This document shows positions 1-10,151 of a DNA stretch of 43,594 nucleotides, in pieces (within the stretch, counting starts at the first letter, position 1; each line of letters starts with the position of its first letter). A program made the position numbers and the translations under genes. The notes under the pieces were generated by a model. That model was not told the DNA's origin. It saw only the letters and a list, made by a program, of their open reading frames with translations, and did not search any database. Origin of the DNA: Candidatus Heimdallarchaeota archaeon (lineage in GTDB: Archaea; Asgardarchaeota; Heimdallarchaeia; JABLTI01); contig JAHLVW010000110.1 of the NCBI GenBank assembly GCA_019058275.1, positions 1 through 43,594 on the forward strand, read 5' to 3'.

Positions 1-221
1 AAGTATAGGATTCTAAATTCCTTAGAGAGCGGTTCCAGAACGTCTTGCCAACTTTGAAAAACAGTTGCAAAACCTGGTATAATAAGTAAGGTATATTTGT
101 TTGGATTTTTAGCAAAATCAAATTCCAATACTCTGATTTTTGTACAATCTGTCATTTCATAGAATGCAATATTTGCTTTTTTTTCTAATTCTGAACATAA
201 ATCTTCTTTTTTTCTTCTCAT
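1..221 (-). CDS. alpha/beta hydrolase paralog, partial (runs off the window edge)
   Basis: Manual translation from ATG at 221: MRRKKEDLCSELEKKANIAFYEMTDCTKIRVLEFDFAKNPNKYTLLIIPGFATVFKSWQDVLEPLSKEFRILY. Closely matches the N-terminus of 254..1156 (LIPGFATVFQSWQRVMELLTQEFRVIY); GGAG upstream. Confidence 0.8.
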   Translation of the reverse strand, partial: MRRKKEDLCSELEKKANIAFYEMTDCTKIRVLEFDFAKNPNKYTLLIIPGFATVFQSWQDVLEPLSKEFRILY

Positions 222-253
222 ACAATATTATCTCCTGTTTATTCAATATATGT

Positions 254-1156
254 CTAGTCCCAATTTTCTAATTTATCTATGAATTTCTTTATTTCATCTA
301 CAAATGGATCTGAATGTGAAGCTCTGTTACTGCTTAAATCAACATAAATAGATTTAGGCATCAATTCATGTACTCTTAAACATTCTTCTGTTGCATGTAT
401 CCTGTCTAATGAAGCTTCAATTAAAAGTGTTCTAGTTTCCACTTTTGGTGGCATGTCCCAAGAATTGTACCTATAGAGTCTTCTAAACAAAGGCATAATC
501 TTTCTCATATTGGCTTCCTCTAATGCACGCATGTATTTGTCCAATTGTTCAGGTTCATTTTTTTTATTGACATATTCAACAGAAATGTACCATCTTATTA
601 TTGGCATGAAAATTGTTTGAATTAGGAAATTTGGAATTAGTGCAGATAATACAACTACAAATCCTTGTAAGTGAAATTCAATTGCTCGTCCTACCATAAT
701 CGCCTCAGTCGGATTGATCCATTTCTTGTTTAAAGCTTCAGTTAGAACATTGCCACCAGTGGAACTACAAATAGTAATATACTTTCGACCATCTAGCTTT
801 ATTTGTTCAATGACTTCTTTCATATCATGAGCCATAATCGAAAGTGTAATTTTTCGTACAAGTTTTTTTGGCATTATAGAAGTAACTTTTTCTCGAGATT
901 CAAAATATATTACTCGAAATTCTTGTGTTAGTAGTTCCATTACTCTTTGCCAACTCTGAAACACTGTAGCAAATCCAGGTATTAACATTATAATATATTC
1001 ATTTGGGTTTTCAGCTAAATTAAAATCAAGAATGCGTATCTGACTACCATCTGTCACTGTGAAATACTTAGGAATTCCTTTTTTTTCAAGTTCAGTTCTG
1101 TAATCTTTTTTCTCCAAACCATTTACTACTATTTCTCCTGACTTTAAAATAAACAA
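254..1156 (-). CDS. alpha/beta hydrolase fold protein
   Basis: Oxyanion-type LIPGF, nucleophile-elbow variant CSSTGG, and C-terminal Asp (LDRIH) and His (ASHSD) positions. True start may be a few codons downstream. Confidence 0.75.
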   Translation of the reverse strand: MFILKSGEIVVNGLEKKDYRTELEKKGIPKYFTVTDGSQIRILDFNLAENPNEYIIMLIPGFATVFQSWQRVMELLTQEFRVIYFESREKVTSIMPKKLVRKITLSIMAHDMKEVIEQIKLDGRKYITICSSTGGNVLTEALNKKWINPTEAIMVGRAIEFHLQGFVVVLSALIPNFLIQTIFMPIIRWYISVEYVNKKNEPEQLDKYMRALEEANMRKIMPLFRRLYRYNSWDMPPKVETRTLLIEASLDRIHATEECLRVHELMPKSIYVDLSSNRASHSDPFVDEIKKFIDKLENWD

Positions 1157-1218
1157 TCTTATTTCAAGTATTTTCGGAACAAAAGATATAAATCTTATAC
1201 TAAAAACTGATAAATCTA

Positions 1219-2142
1219 TTAGATAGTGATTTCTGATTCGATCTTTAAACCATGTTCACCCATAATGATTAGTAAATTCTCACGTTCCTCAGCTTTAAGA
1301 TTTCTTAGTGGCGGTCGAACAAAAGATTCTCTTCCTGAAATTTTAGCAAAAATAAATTTCTGAGCAGACCTGGATGGAAATCTTTTCATTAAAGAACGAA
1401 TACCAATTACTGCTTCTTGCTCAATCCAGGCCTGATCAGTATTTCCCTTTTTGTAGGTATCATATATCTTAAGCAAATATTCAGGCATGATGTTAGCAAT
1501 TGCACTTACAGCACCATCACAGCCAGCATTAAGTCCATTATAGACCATTCTGTCGCTACCGACTAAAACAGATAATTCTTCAAATGCTCCTGCATAACCT
1601 AAAATGCTATCAGTAATTCCACTTAAGTCCTTAATACCAACAATATTCTTGTATTTCATTGTGAGGTTTTCAACTAGATTTATGCTTAAATCAATGAGTG
1701 AATATATTGGAACATTACATAAAAAGATTGGAAATTTCTTGACTTTTTCAAGAATTTTACTGAAATAACTATACAAGCCTTCCTCAGATGGTTTTCTGAA
1801 GAAAAATGGGGTGGTTAAAATTGCTGCAGTTGCACCATTTGCTTCTGCATATTCTACTAGCTCTATAGATTCTTTGTAGCTATTGGAATAAGCTCCTGCA
1901 ATTACAGGAATACGATCTTTTGCAGCATTAACTGATACTTTGATTATCTTCTTCCTTTCACTAAGTGTTAAGCTTGAAAACTCACCATTAACTCCACAAG
2001 TAACAATACCATGTATTCCTTTTCCAATAACAAAGTCTATTTGTGCTTCAATTGTTTTATAATCGACTTCTAAATTTTCATCAAATGGGGTTAATGTTGA
2101 GACATAAATCCCCTTGAATTTCTTAATTTTACCCACCACCAA
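1219..2142 (-). CDS. DapA/NAL-family class I aldolase (dihydrodipicolinate synthase family)
   Basis: TPF..D, GVNGEF..L, Schiff-base Lys in VGIKDLSG, GSD, G.DGAVSA, VRPPL. Confidence 0.9.
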   Translation of the reverse strand: MVVGKIKKFKGIYVSTLTPFDENLEVDYKTIEAQIDFVIGKGIHGIVTCGVNGEFSSLTLSERKKIIKVSVNAAKDRIPVIAGAYSNSYKESIELVEYAEANGATAAILTTPFFFRKPSEEGLYSYFSKILEKVKKFPIFLCNVPIYSLIDLSINLVENLTMKYKNIVGIKDLSGITDSILGYAGAFEELSVLVGSDRMVYNGLNAGCDGAVSAIANIMPEYLLKIYDTYKKGNTDQAWIEQEAVIGIRSLMKRFPSRSAQKFIFAKISGRESFVRPPLRNLKAEERENLLIIMGEHGLKIESEITI

Positions 2143-2319
2143 TTATTAGGAGATTATATGATTTTTTTAACTTTTCCTTGTTTGATAGTTATCTGTATAA
2201 CAACGAGGAGTATTATATTTTTTTAGGAAGAATGAGGAAAAAAAGAAGAAAAAAGAACCAAAACTTGGATAATTTTAATTCAAACTACCCATGTTTTCAA
2301 TTACTTTTTTAATAACATT

Positions 2320-3732
2320 TCAAAGAATTCCTACGCTTTCAATTTCAATGAATTCATCTGGACTATGAGCATTGTGTATATTTGGACCTATTGAAGTAAC
2401 CTGAAGTTCTGGATCTACCGCAACGAACAAACTACATTCCAAACCTGCATGTATAGCTTCTAATTCAACATCCTTTTCTAAAACCTCTTTATATTTTGCT
2501 TGAACAAGTTTAAGGAAAGCTGAATCAGGATTTGGTTTCCACGCAGGATATGCTTTATCAAGAATGATTTGTGCTTCATATTTTTCTCCCATTTTTTTCA
2601 AATTAGTTCGTACTTCTTCCAATTCTTCATTAACTGAGCTTCTAGTATTCACATGAATCTGTACTTCTTTTTCTGTTGTTTTTATGATAGCTAAATTACT
2701 TGAGGTTTGAACCAATCCAAAGATCTCTTTACTGTAAGAATAAGGACCATGATTTATTTCAGATAAAATATTTAATATTGATTTTGTGTTTTCAGAGTTA
2801 ATTGCCACTGTTACTTTTATCTCAGTGATTTCAATCTCAATATTCTTCTCTGATATTTTTGCTATTTCCAGCGTGTTTTTTTTCCATACATACAATTTTT
2901 TCAAAATAGCTTGTTTGGTTTTTGTTGGAGCTAGGAATATTACTTCAAAATCTCTTGGTATAGCATTGTGTGCAGAACCTGCTGAAATAGAACTAATCAA
3001 AATTTCATCTTGAAGATCAAGAAGCGTATCAATTCCAACTTTAATATCATTTAATTTTGGCAGGTCAATATCTGTTCCAGAATGTCCACCTTGTAAACCT
3101 GTGACAGTAAGTTTTAATCCAGAATAATTAGTTTTATTTTCGAATTCAATTGGTATAGTAAAATCTGTTCCTCCTCCACCTGCACTACTTATAGTTATTT
3201 TACCTAGCTCTTCAATATCAACATTTAGTAGATATTTACCTGTGAAAAATCCGGGTTTAATGGCAAACGCACCAGTTAATCCTGTTTCTTCATCAACTGT
3301 AAAAAGCACCTCAATTGCTCCATGCTTTAAATCATCAGATATTAAAGATGCTAAACAAAAAGCCATGCCAATACCATTATCTGCTCCCAAAGTTGTACCT
3401 TTTGCTTTTACTTTACTACCTTCAATCATTACATTTATTGGGTCATTATCAAAATCAATCTCAATATCAGGTAGTTTCTGGCAAACCATGTCCAAATGTG
3501 CTTGGAATATTAATGTTGGATAATCTTCACAATCAGCTGAAGCTTCTTTATACAGCAAAATATTTCCAACATCATCCTCTTTTTTAACAGTAATATTGTA
3601 CTTCTTAGCCCATTCTTTAACCCATTTGCGTATTTTCTCTTCTTTTTTAGAAGGTCTAGGAACCTTGGTAATTTCTTCAAAAATCTCCCAAACAATCTTT
3701 GGCTCAAGATTTGCTAAAACTTTCTCAGACAT
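2320..3732 (-). CDS. pepD: aminoacyl-histidine dipeptidase (M20C, PepD); last helix cut by TGA at a Trp position (frame continues to 2275)
   Basis: PRPSKKEE, QAHLDMVC, TTLGADNGIG, TVDEETGL, GGHSG, IHAGLEC, GPNIHNAHSPDE. Confidence 0.9.
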   Translation of the reverse strand: MSEKVLANLEPKIVWEIFEEITKVPRPSKKEEKIRKWVKEWAKKYNITVKKEDDVGNILLYKEASADCEDYPTLIFQAHLDMVCQKLPDIEIDFDNDPINVMIEGSKVKAKGTTLGADNGIGMAFCLASLISDDLKHGAIEVLFTVDEETGLTGAFAIKPGFFTGKYLLNVDIEELGKITISSAGGGGTDFTIPIEFENKTNYSGLKLTVTGLQGGHSGTDIDLPKLNDIKVGIDTLLDLQDEILISSISAGSAHNAIPRDFEVIFLAPTKTKQAILKKLYVWKKNTLEIAKISEKNIEIEITEIKVTVAINSENTKSILNILSEINHGPYSYSKEIFGLVQTSSNLAIIKTTEKEVQIHVNTRSSVNEELEEVRTNLKKMGEKYEAQIILDKAYPAWKPNPDSAFLKLVQAKYKEVLEKDVELEAIHAGLECSLFVAVDPELQVTSIGPNIHNAHSPDEFIEIESVGIL

Positions 3733-3810
3733 CGTGCTTCCTCATAATCTCATAGATGTGGGTAATCTTTGAATGAAAAAGATTTTGTTCTGTAGAAAAA
3801 TGAAGTGATT

Positions 3811-4580
3811 TTAAATCTCATCACTTAACTTTGCTGCTTTCATCAAGAAGTTAATACCCATTTCAAAAGTGGTTCTAATAATCTCATAGTCTTCACGGTT
3901 TTTTGCAAGTATTTTAACACTATCAAAGAATCGTAAAAGATACCTACTGCTTTCATCTTCTGCAAATTTCTCACAAAACATTTCCAATACTTTATCCTTT
4001 GTTTTTATCCATATTTCTTCAGGTTTCACATTGTTATATGCTAGTAAAGAATACATTGTTGGATAAACTACTGTGGCAGCATATCTTGTTCTTCTAAAAT
4101 TTGGTTATTAGAACTATCAGTAAAATTACGCACTAAATCTGAAATAATATTCCTTAATCTTTTCAATGAATTTACCATTTTCAGCTTAAAATTTTCTGTA
4201 TTATAGTCTAATTCCTCAGGCAAATCCCCAAATAGGATTTGATAGCTTACATGCATTGGTGGTGTATACCAATCAGGCATTTTCTTTGGGTCATAGAAAT
4301 ATATTTGTAAGTAACTTGCACCTGTTTCTGAAAAGCCCAATGCCCCAACTAGTTCTTGCATTTTCAATGATTTCTTGAGTTTTAATCCAAATTCATCAAA
4401 AGCTGTTTCCTTAACAAATACCTGTACATCTATATCTGAAAAATCTCTAATCAGTCCACCCTTGACAAAAGAACCATGAATTAGTAAGCAAATTAGCTCT
4501 TCATTAAATACTTTTTTTACTGACTGTAATAAGTATGTAGTAATTTCATTTAAAGTTAAATCATCTGTTTTAATAGTCAA
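3811..4580 (-). pseudogene. Pol-beta-superfamily nucleotidyltransferase plus helical domain, split by a frameshift near 4093
   Basis: IHGSFVKG...FSDIDV motif in 4068..4580. The alternative frame ...RRTRYAATVVYPT runs directly into ORF 3811..4056 (MYSLL...). Confidence 0.7.
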
Positions 4581-4693
4581 ATTAACACCCCAATATACAA
4601 CTGATTTGCCAAAGATTTCTAATTAATAAATATTGAGTTTTAGCAATAATTAAAAATAGTTATTATTAAAATGACTCCCATAATTAAACCGAA

Positions 4694-5068
4694 GTGGACT
4701 ATTTGGAAGAATTTAAAGAAGTGCCGTTTGAAGACTCTCATGAAGATAATGAAATTTTAGAAGAAGATGAAACTACAACACATGAGGTTCTTGAGGAAAG
4801 GTCAAAACAAATTTCAAGTTTACTATTTAGACGTCTTGGATATATTGTATTATTTTTGGGTATCGGAATAATACCCTTAATTATCCTAACATTTTTCTTC
4901 AACACTGGTCAACCAGATGATACTTCGCTTTTAGTTGAGCAGATTGTTGGTTTCATACTTGTTGGACTAGCAGTGATAATTGGTACTTCCTTGCTTTTTA
5001 CTGCTAAGAAAATAGAAAAATCTGAAGATTTAGTTCATGAACCAATATCTAAACCCGATACAGAGTAA
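4694..5068 (+). CDS. small membrane protein (acidic N-terminus, 2 TM helices)
   Basis: E/D-rich N-terminus followed by two hydrophobic stretches. Confidence 0.7.
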   Translation: MDYLEEFKEVPFEDSHEDNEILEEDETTTHEVLEERSKQISSLLFRRLGYIVLFLGIGIIPLIILTFFFNTGQPDDTSLLVEQIVGFILVGLAVIIGTSLLFTAKKIEKSEDLVHEPISKPDTE

Positions 5069-5096
5069 TTAACCTTTCAAAAAGAAAGAAAGGGAA

Positions 5097-5504
5097 TCAA
5101 TGAAAACTTCTGCAAATGGCGTTTCTTGCATATCCTTCATTAATAAGTTGCTTGCAAAGATCCCTGATGTTGCATGTGCACTTTGATATATCTGCTACTA
5201 CAATCCACTCAGCAATCTCACCGTTCTGAATTGTTCTTGCTTCACTAGCAACTAAATTGATGTTGTTATTACTAAGAAACGTAGCGCATTTAGCTAATGC
5301 TCCAGTAGTATCACTCAAAATAATTTTAAATTCTACTAGATCTGCTTCAGACGCTGAAAAAGGTACAATTAGAATCTCCCTTCTTTCCACATCAGCTTTA
5401 AGTATGACATGCATTCCTTCAACTATTCCAAGATTATCTCTAATAACTTCTGGTATTTTTAAATCTCCATTTTCATTAATCCTAATTATTTCAGTAAACT
5501 TCAT
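5097..5504 (-). CDS. AbrB/SpoVT-type DNA-binding domain plus ACT domain regulator
   Basis: INENGDLKIPEVIRDNLGIVEG (AbrB-like); LSDTTGALAKCATFLSNNNINL (ACT); GAGGAG RBS. Confidence 0.8.
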   Translation of the reverse strand: MKFTEIIRINENGDLKIPEVIRDNLGIVEGMHVILKADVERREILIVPFSASEADLVEFKIILSDTTGALAKCATFLSNNNINLVASEARTIQNGEIAEWIVVADISKCTCNIRDLCKQLINEGYARNAICRSFH

Positions 5505-5683
5505 TTCCTGATTCTCCTCTTGAAGCTTAACTTCTTTAAAATTTTAACAGAAACATTTTCTGTTAAATATGATTAATTTTTTTTGCTAATTAATCTATCC
5601 GAAAAAACAACCATAAGCATTTTAATACCAAACCAGATGCTAACAATTTATTAAAATTCTATAATGATTTAAGTAAATGTGAA

Positions 5684-6301
5684 ATGATCGATATGCACCC
5701 TCAAGAGCTTTTCCGAAAATTATTTGCATTCTATGGTCCACAAAATTGGTGGCCTGGTGAAGGTTTTGAAATAGCAATAGGTGCAGTTCTAACTCAAAAT
5801 ACTTCTTGGTCAAATGTTGAAAAAGCACTTCAAAATCTAAAACAAAACGGTTTGCTGAATCCACAAGCAATCTTGATTTATGATATTGAATTCTTGAAGC
5901 AATTAATAAAGCCTGCAGGTTTCTTCAATCAAAAAGCGAATTATCTGAGAAATCTTTGTTCATTATGGATTAAGAATTCTATACCAAGTAGAGATGATTT
6001 ACTAGCAGTGAAAGGAATAGGCGAAGAAACTGCTGATTCAATTTTACTCTATTTGCTAAATAAACCAGAATTCGTAATTGATGCGTATACAGTAAGAATA
6101 AGTAAACGAATAGGATTTAACGGTCCAGATGAGAAAAGCTATTGGAAAAGATTCTATCAAGAAAAGATGAAAAAGGACATACAAGTTTACAACGAGTTTC
6201 ACGCACTGTTAGTTATTCATGCTAAGAAATATTGTAAAAAAAGTACCCCTCTGTGTAAAGAATGCTTTTTGTATGAAGATTGTGCTTACAGTAAAAAATA
6301 A
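5684..6301 (+). CDS. endonuclease III-related HhH-GPD DNA glycosylase with 4Fe-4S motif
   Basis: GAVLTQNTSW, LLAVKGIGEETADSIL, VIDAYT.R, C-x6-C-x2-C-x5-C. Confidence 0.9.
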   Translation: MIDMHPQELFRKLFAFYGPQNWWPGEGFEIAIGAVLTQNTSWSNVEKALQNLKQNGLLNPQAILIYDIEFLKQLIKPAGFFNQKANYLRNLCSLWIKNSIPSRDDLLAVKGIGEETADSILLYLLNKPEFVIDAYTVRISKRIGFNGPDEKSYWKRFYQEKMKKDIQVYNEFHALLVIHAKKYCKKSTPLCKECFLYEDCAYSKK

Positions 6302-6311
6302 AGAGGGATGG

Positions 6312-7127
6312 TTACTCTAAATCAAATCTCTGTCTTCTTAGAACGTTAAGTAATGATTCCTTGTACCATGAACCTTGGGTAATTTTTCGACTTATATGCT
6401 CTGTCCAGGAATATTTATCAAAGCCAATTTTATCTTCACCTTTTTGAAGCGGAATTTTTGCATTTTGCTTAATATAATATCCTTGTGTAATGTAACCCTC
6501 ATCCATTGCTTTCATACATTCTTTAATTTCTTCTTTTGAAAGATCTTTGTATTCATCCTTAAATGCTGAATGCTTCAAAGGAAATCTTGGCCTAACAGCC
6601 ATGAAATGATCTGGATCAGGATAACCTATACATAGACCTACTACAGGGAAAGTTTTTGATGGAACATTAAATACTTCTGAAATTTGATCTGCCATCATTG
6701 GAGCACCACCAAGTAGCACTGAACCTAAACCTAATGCATCTGCTGCAAGAACAACATTCTCTACAACAAGTGAAACATCTTGAACACCTAACCAAAGAAG
6801 TAACCCATCATCAAAATTGTATTCATAATTTCTTTCTTTCACAATTTTTTCCATTCTATTGAAATCTATAAAGAAAACCATGAAAAGATTTGTTGTAGGA
6901 TAAATGCCCATTCTACGAAGGTTCTTCATTTTCTCCTTATCTTTAGTATAAACAACACTACAAATTTGATAAGCAAAGGGGGCTTTAATTCCTGCTAGTA
7001 GAATTTTTTCAATAACATCCTCAGGAACTTCCTTATCTAGGAATTTTCTAATTGACCTACGATTGTTAATTATTTCAAAAAGATCATACTTAGTTTCATC
7101 TCTTTCCTTTGTCATATTTAACACCAA
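6312..7127 (-). CDS. nitroreductase family (NfsA/NfrA-like) flavoprotein
   Basis: RRSIRKF, ALGLGSV, GLCIGYP, RPRFP. Confidence 0.88.
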   Translation of the reverse strand: MVLNMTKERDETKYDLFEIINNRRSIRKFLDKEVPEDVIEKILLAGIKAPFAYQICSVVYTKDKEKMKNLRRMGIYPTTNLFMVFFIDFNRMEKIVKERNYEYNFDDGLLLWLGVQDVSLVVENVVLAADALGLGSVLLGGAPMMADQISEVFNVPSKTFPVVGLCIGYPDPDHFMAVRPRFPLKHSAFKDEYKDLSKEEIKECMKAMDEGYITQGYYIKQNAKIPLQKGEDKIGFDKYSWTEHISRKITQGSWYKESLLNVLRRQRFDLE

Positions 7128-7256
7128 TAATCCTCAATCTATTTTTCATAACTATCAATCTATGTTGAATATTAATTTACTTACAATTTGCCGCAAGATA
7201 ATGAATTTAAAGTGTTAAACACATAGTTAATAGCACTTAAATGAGGATGGATTATT

Positions 7257-7952
7257 GTGAATGAAGAAGCATTAGCAAAGATTCCAGGAACAACCTTTTC
7301 ACTAAAATTTGGCATTGAAGGAAAATACTACGCTGTCTATCTTTGTCGTGGTAGTACGCCATTTAAAACAAAACAACTGAACATTTTGAAAGGAACTACT
7401 CTTAATGAATTACCGGAGGAAGTTGAAAATGGTTTGCGTTACCTGTTAGATATGGAAGAAGTTTACCTATCCCCAGTTATTGTTGATCGTGTAGTTAATG
7501 ATCTTATTGAGCAAATACCTAAGGGAGGGCAAGTGTTTACAAAAGAAACAACTAAAAAACAATATGTTACTCTATCTACTGGTGTATCTCAATTGATTAG
7601 TAAATCAGAGGATAGAGCTGGTAAAAAATCAGTTATAGAATACGCACCAAGTGAAAAATCGAAATTTGACGCAACAGCAGAAAGCATTGGGAAGATATTA
7701 TTAAAAACACCAAAACCATTACCAAAAAGAGATACAACTATTGAACATTCAACTCTTAAACCAGCTATCAACTCCAAGGATGATTATCTAGCAATAGATG
7801 AAAAAGTAAATATTTTGACAAATGAGCTACAAATAGTGCAAGGATCAATAGATCAGCATACTAAAGAAATTAAAAACGTGAAAAAACAAATTACTACTCT
7901 CAAGAAACAAACAAAAGAGCTAAAAGAACTAACTAAACTAGCCACTGAATAA
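7257..7952 (+). CDS. hypothetical protein with C-terminal coiled coil
   Basis: 231-aa ORF with GAGGA upstream; heptad pattern IDEKVNILTNELQIV...LKELT. Confidence 0.7.
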   Translation: MNEEALAKIPGTTFSLKFGIEGKYYAVYLCRGSTPFKTKQLNILKGTTLNELPEEVENGLRYLLDMEEVYLSPVIVDRVVNDLIEQIPKGGQVFTKETTKKQYVTLSTGVSQLISKSEDRAGKKSVIEYAPSEKSKFDATAESIGKILLKTPKPLPKRDTTIEHSTLKPAINSKDDYLAIDEKVNILTNELQIVQGSIDQHTKEIKNVKKQITTLKKQTKELKELTKLATE

Positions 7953-8000
7953 GAAAAGGTAATTTAATTCTTTAAATTGACAGGAATAAGTCAGAAAAAG

Positions 8001-8030
8001 GAAAAAGGCATTAGGGAATAAGCCTTTTTC
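8001..8030. terminator. hairpin between convergent genes
   Basis: GAAAAAGGC (8001-8009) / GCCTTTTTC (8022-8030) inverted repeat. Confidence 0.45.
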
Positions 8031-8758
8031 TAAAATTTTCTCTTATTGTTGAACATGTTAGATAACGGACGTAAAACATTTGATATTATTTCATTCAAAT
8101 TCTTACCGTTGATAATGACACCAGCAGCGCTTGTTTTTACTACTTCACCTTTATTGTTGGAAACTCTGACGCCTTCTTCTTTTGATATTTCAACGTAAGA
8201 TTTCTTCTTTTTATCACAAACGATGACTTCTTTGTCATCTTTACCAATTGCTATGATTGATTCATTATCTTTTATTAGAATAAATTCTTCGGGTTCAAAA
8301 AGATAGATATAGAAATCTAAGTTATCAAGCTTATCTGGCCATCTGTATCGTTTACCATTTACAGTAAACTTTCCACGTATATTTTCCTGAGAATTATGCA
8401 TTCTCTCAAAATATCGATAAGCTTCAATTTCGATTTTTCTGAAATCTCTACCAGATAGTTCATCTGATTTAGTATTTGAAAAGTCCAAATCATCGCATTT
8501 GAGAAAGGCTTGTTTGGATAACTTTTCAATTGGATCTCCAACAGCACCTTTGCTTGTATTTACGATTGTATCAGAACCGAGATAGATATCACCAGTAATA
8601 TAATATCCAATTGTTTCAAAAGAACATGTTTCAACTACTGGAAAGATTTTCGATCTCTTGCCTAGTGTTACCATTGTATCCTCTAGATCTGCAATAATGG
8701 CTGTTCGGGTTATTTTTAGAGGTTCATTATCTAACTCTAATTTCATTCTTTGTAGCAA
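8030..8758 (-). CDS. hypothetical protein, co-transcribed with the ArsR-like gene
   Basis: 242-aa ORF starting 7 nt after 8766..9824; AGGAG RBS; beta-rich C-terminus. Confidence 0.7.
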   Translation of the reverse strand: MLQRMKLELDNEPLKITRTAIIADLEDTMVTLGKRSKIFPVVETCSFETIGYYITGDIYLGSDTIVNTSKGAVGDPIEKLSKQAFLKCDDLDFSNTKSDELSGRDFRKIEIEAYRYFERMHNSQENIRGKFTVNGKRYRWPDKLDNLDFYIYLFEPEEFILIKDNESIIAIGKDDKEVIVCDKKKKSYVEISKEEGVRVSNNKGEVVKTSAAGVIINGKNLNEIISNVLRPLSNMFNNKRKF

Positions 8759-8765
8759 CTCCTAA

Positions 8766-9824
8766 TTACTTGATTCTAACATCGAATTCTTCATCAGAAT
8801 CCATGTTTTTACCTTCTACTTTTGCTCGTTTTTTTTCCTCGAGATATCGCATGAATTGTATTTCAGCAAGTTTTAGAGCTTCACGACCACGTGTAGTTAA
8901 TAGATACCTACCTCGAACAACTTCTTGAGTAACAAATTTCACTTCTTTATCTAGAAGTCGATCCATATGGTGTTTGAAGGTTCCACCTCGAAGGCTAGTG
9001 ATATCACTTAACTCTTTTTGGTACTTGGGAGCTTTCTCTAATTCCTTAAGAATTTTTAATCTATTATGATCACCAATGGCTGAGACAATTTTGGAACCAA
9101 TTTCATAAAATTCTTCAAGCTTTTTTTCAGGAATTCGGGGACCAATTGTTAGATGAACATCCCTGGTGATTTTGGAACCAATTTCTTTGCCAATTTTACC
9201 AATATCATCACCAACAATCTTTATCTCTTTACCAATGTCACCTGCACTTCTGACTGTAATTCCCATGGATGTCTTAATGCTATCTGCTACTGAAGCGAGA
9301 ATAGATCTTGTATAATCACCAAGTCTTACTTCTAAATCAGATGTAATTCCTTCGATGTCTTCATCCATGTCCAAATCCCAAGTATAGCTAGAATGCTTCT
9401 GGTCTCTTAGGGCATGCTCTTTCTCTCTTATTTTTCGCTCTTTGTTACGAAGTTCTTTACGAATGTGGTTAAATTCTCGTTGCTTGCTTTGAAGATCCCT
9501 TTGTTCTTCAAGAAGATTACTTTTCATAGCATGTAATTCTTTGGAAATATCTTCACGTTTTCTTCTGAGCAATTCTCTTTCCTTAGCAATTCGCTTCTTC
9601 TGTTCGGAGGTTAGCTTCCTAGCTTCTGCAACTCGATAACTGTGTGGTCTAGCTGGTAACCCGGGCTTTGGTGGTAGTGGGGGCATAGGTTCATTACCTT
9701 TTATGAAAGGATCAAAATCATCATATTCCTCAAAATCGGTACCTTCAACATCAAGTTTGTCTAACTTCTTTCGAAGACGCTCGATTTCTTTTTCTAGTTC
9801 TTTCTTTCTTTTATCTTTTGACAA
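8766..9824 (-). CDS. ArsR/winged-helix transcription regulator with long N-terminal coiled coil and Pro-rich segment
   Basis: C-terminal SAIGDHNRLKILKEL...ELSDITSLRGGTFKHHMDRLL...GRYLLTTRG; GAGGTG RBS before a TTG start. Confidence 0.8.
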   Translation of the reverse strand: MSKDKRKKELEKEIERLRKKLDKLDVEGTDFEEYDDFDPFIKGNEPMPPLPPKPGLPARPHSYRVAEARKLTSEQKKRIAKERELLRRKREDISKELHAMKSNLLEEQRDLQSKQREFNHIRKELRNKERKIREKEHALRDQKHSSYTWDLDMDEDIEGITSDLEVRLGDYTRSILASVADSIKTSMGITVRSAGDIGKEIKIVGDDIGKIGKEIGSKITRDVHLTIGPRIPEKKLEEFYEIGSKIVSAIGDHNRLKILKELEKAPKYQKELSDITSLRGGTFKHHMDRLLDKEVKFVTQEVVRGRYLLTTRGREALKLAEIQFMRYLEEKKRAKVEGKNMDSDEEFDVRIK

Positions 9825-9845
9825 AAAAATACACCTCTTATTATC

Positions 9846-9950
9846 TTAATATATGGCACCTGCGATTAGTGCCATTTTTATTCTAGTTTGCTCCATTTCT
9901 TTCTTGATTTCTTCTTTGATTTTCTTCTTTTTTTCTGGCATTTTTTTCAT
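9846..9950 (-). CDS. 34-aa small ORF (MKKMPEKKKKIKEEIKKEMEQTRIKMALIAGAIY), not in the ORF track
   Basis: AAGGAG RBS immediately upstream; ends 21 nt before the ArsR-like gene. Confidence 0.6.
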   Translation of the reverse strand: MKKMPEKKKKIKEEIKKEMEQTRIKMALIAGAIY

Positions 9951-10119
9951 AACTCCTTAGAAAGTATTACACTTTTCTATACATAAGTTACATAAAATAG
10001 TATATAAATATTTGTAATTATCTTACATTGGAGTGTAATTACTCATTCTCACGAAAAAATGATAATGATCACCTAAAGCACTTAAAATAGCAATTACTTC
10101 AATATAGTACTCTTCTCGT

Positions 10120-10133
10120 AAAGTTTTTAATAG
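10120..10133 (+). promoter_or_regulatory. BRE/TATA-like promoter for the putative ncRNA
   Basis: AAAG-TTTTTAATA about 20-30 nt upstream of the first helix of the structured element. Confidence 0.45.
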
Positions 10134-10151
10134 AAAAACGAAATAATGTTT

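Noticed and set aside
3811-4580. MNT-HEPN toxin-antitoxin gene pair
   Set aside because: The downstream ORF lacks an RxxxxH motif and joins the upstream one through a single frameshift, so one gene is more parsimonious.
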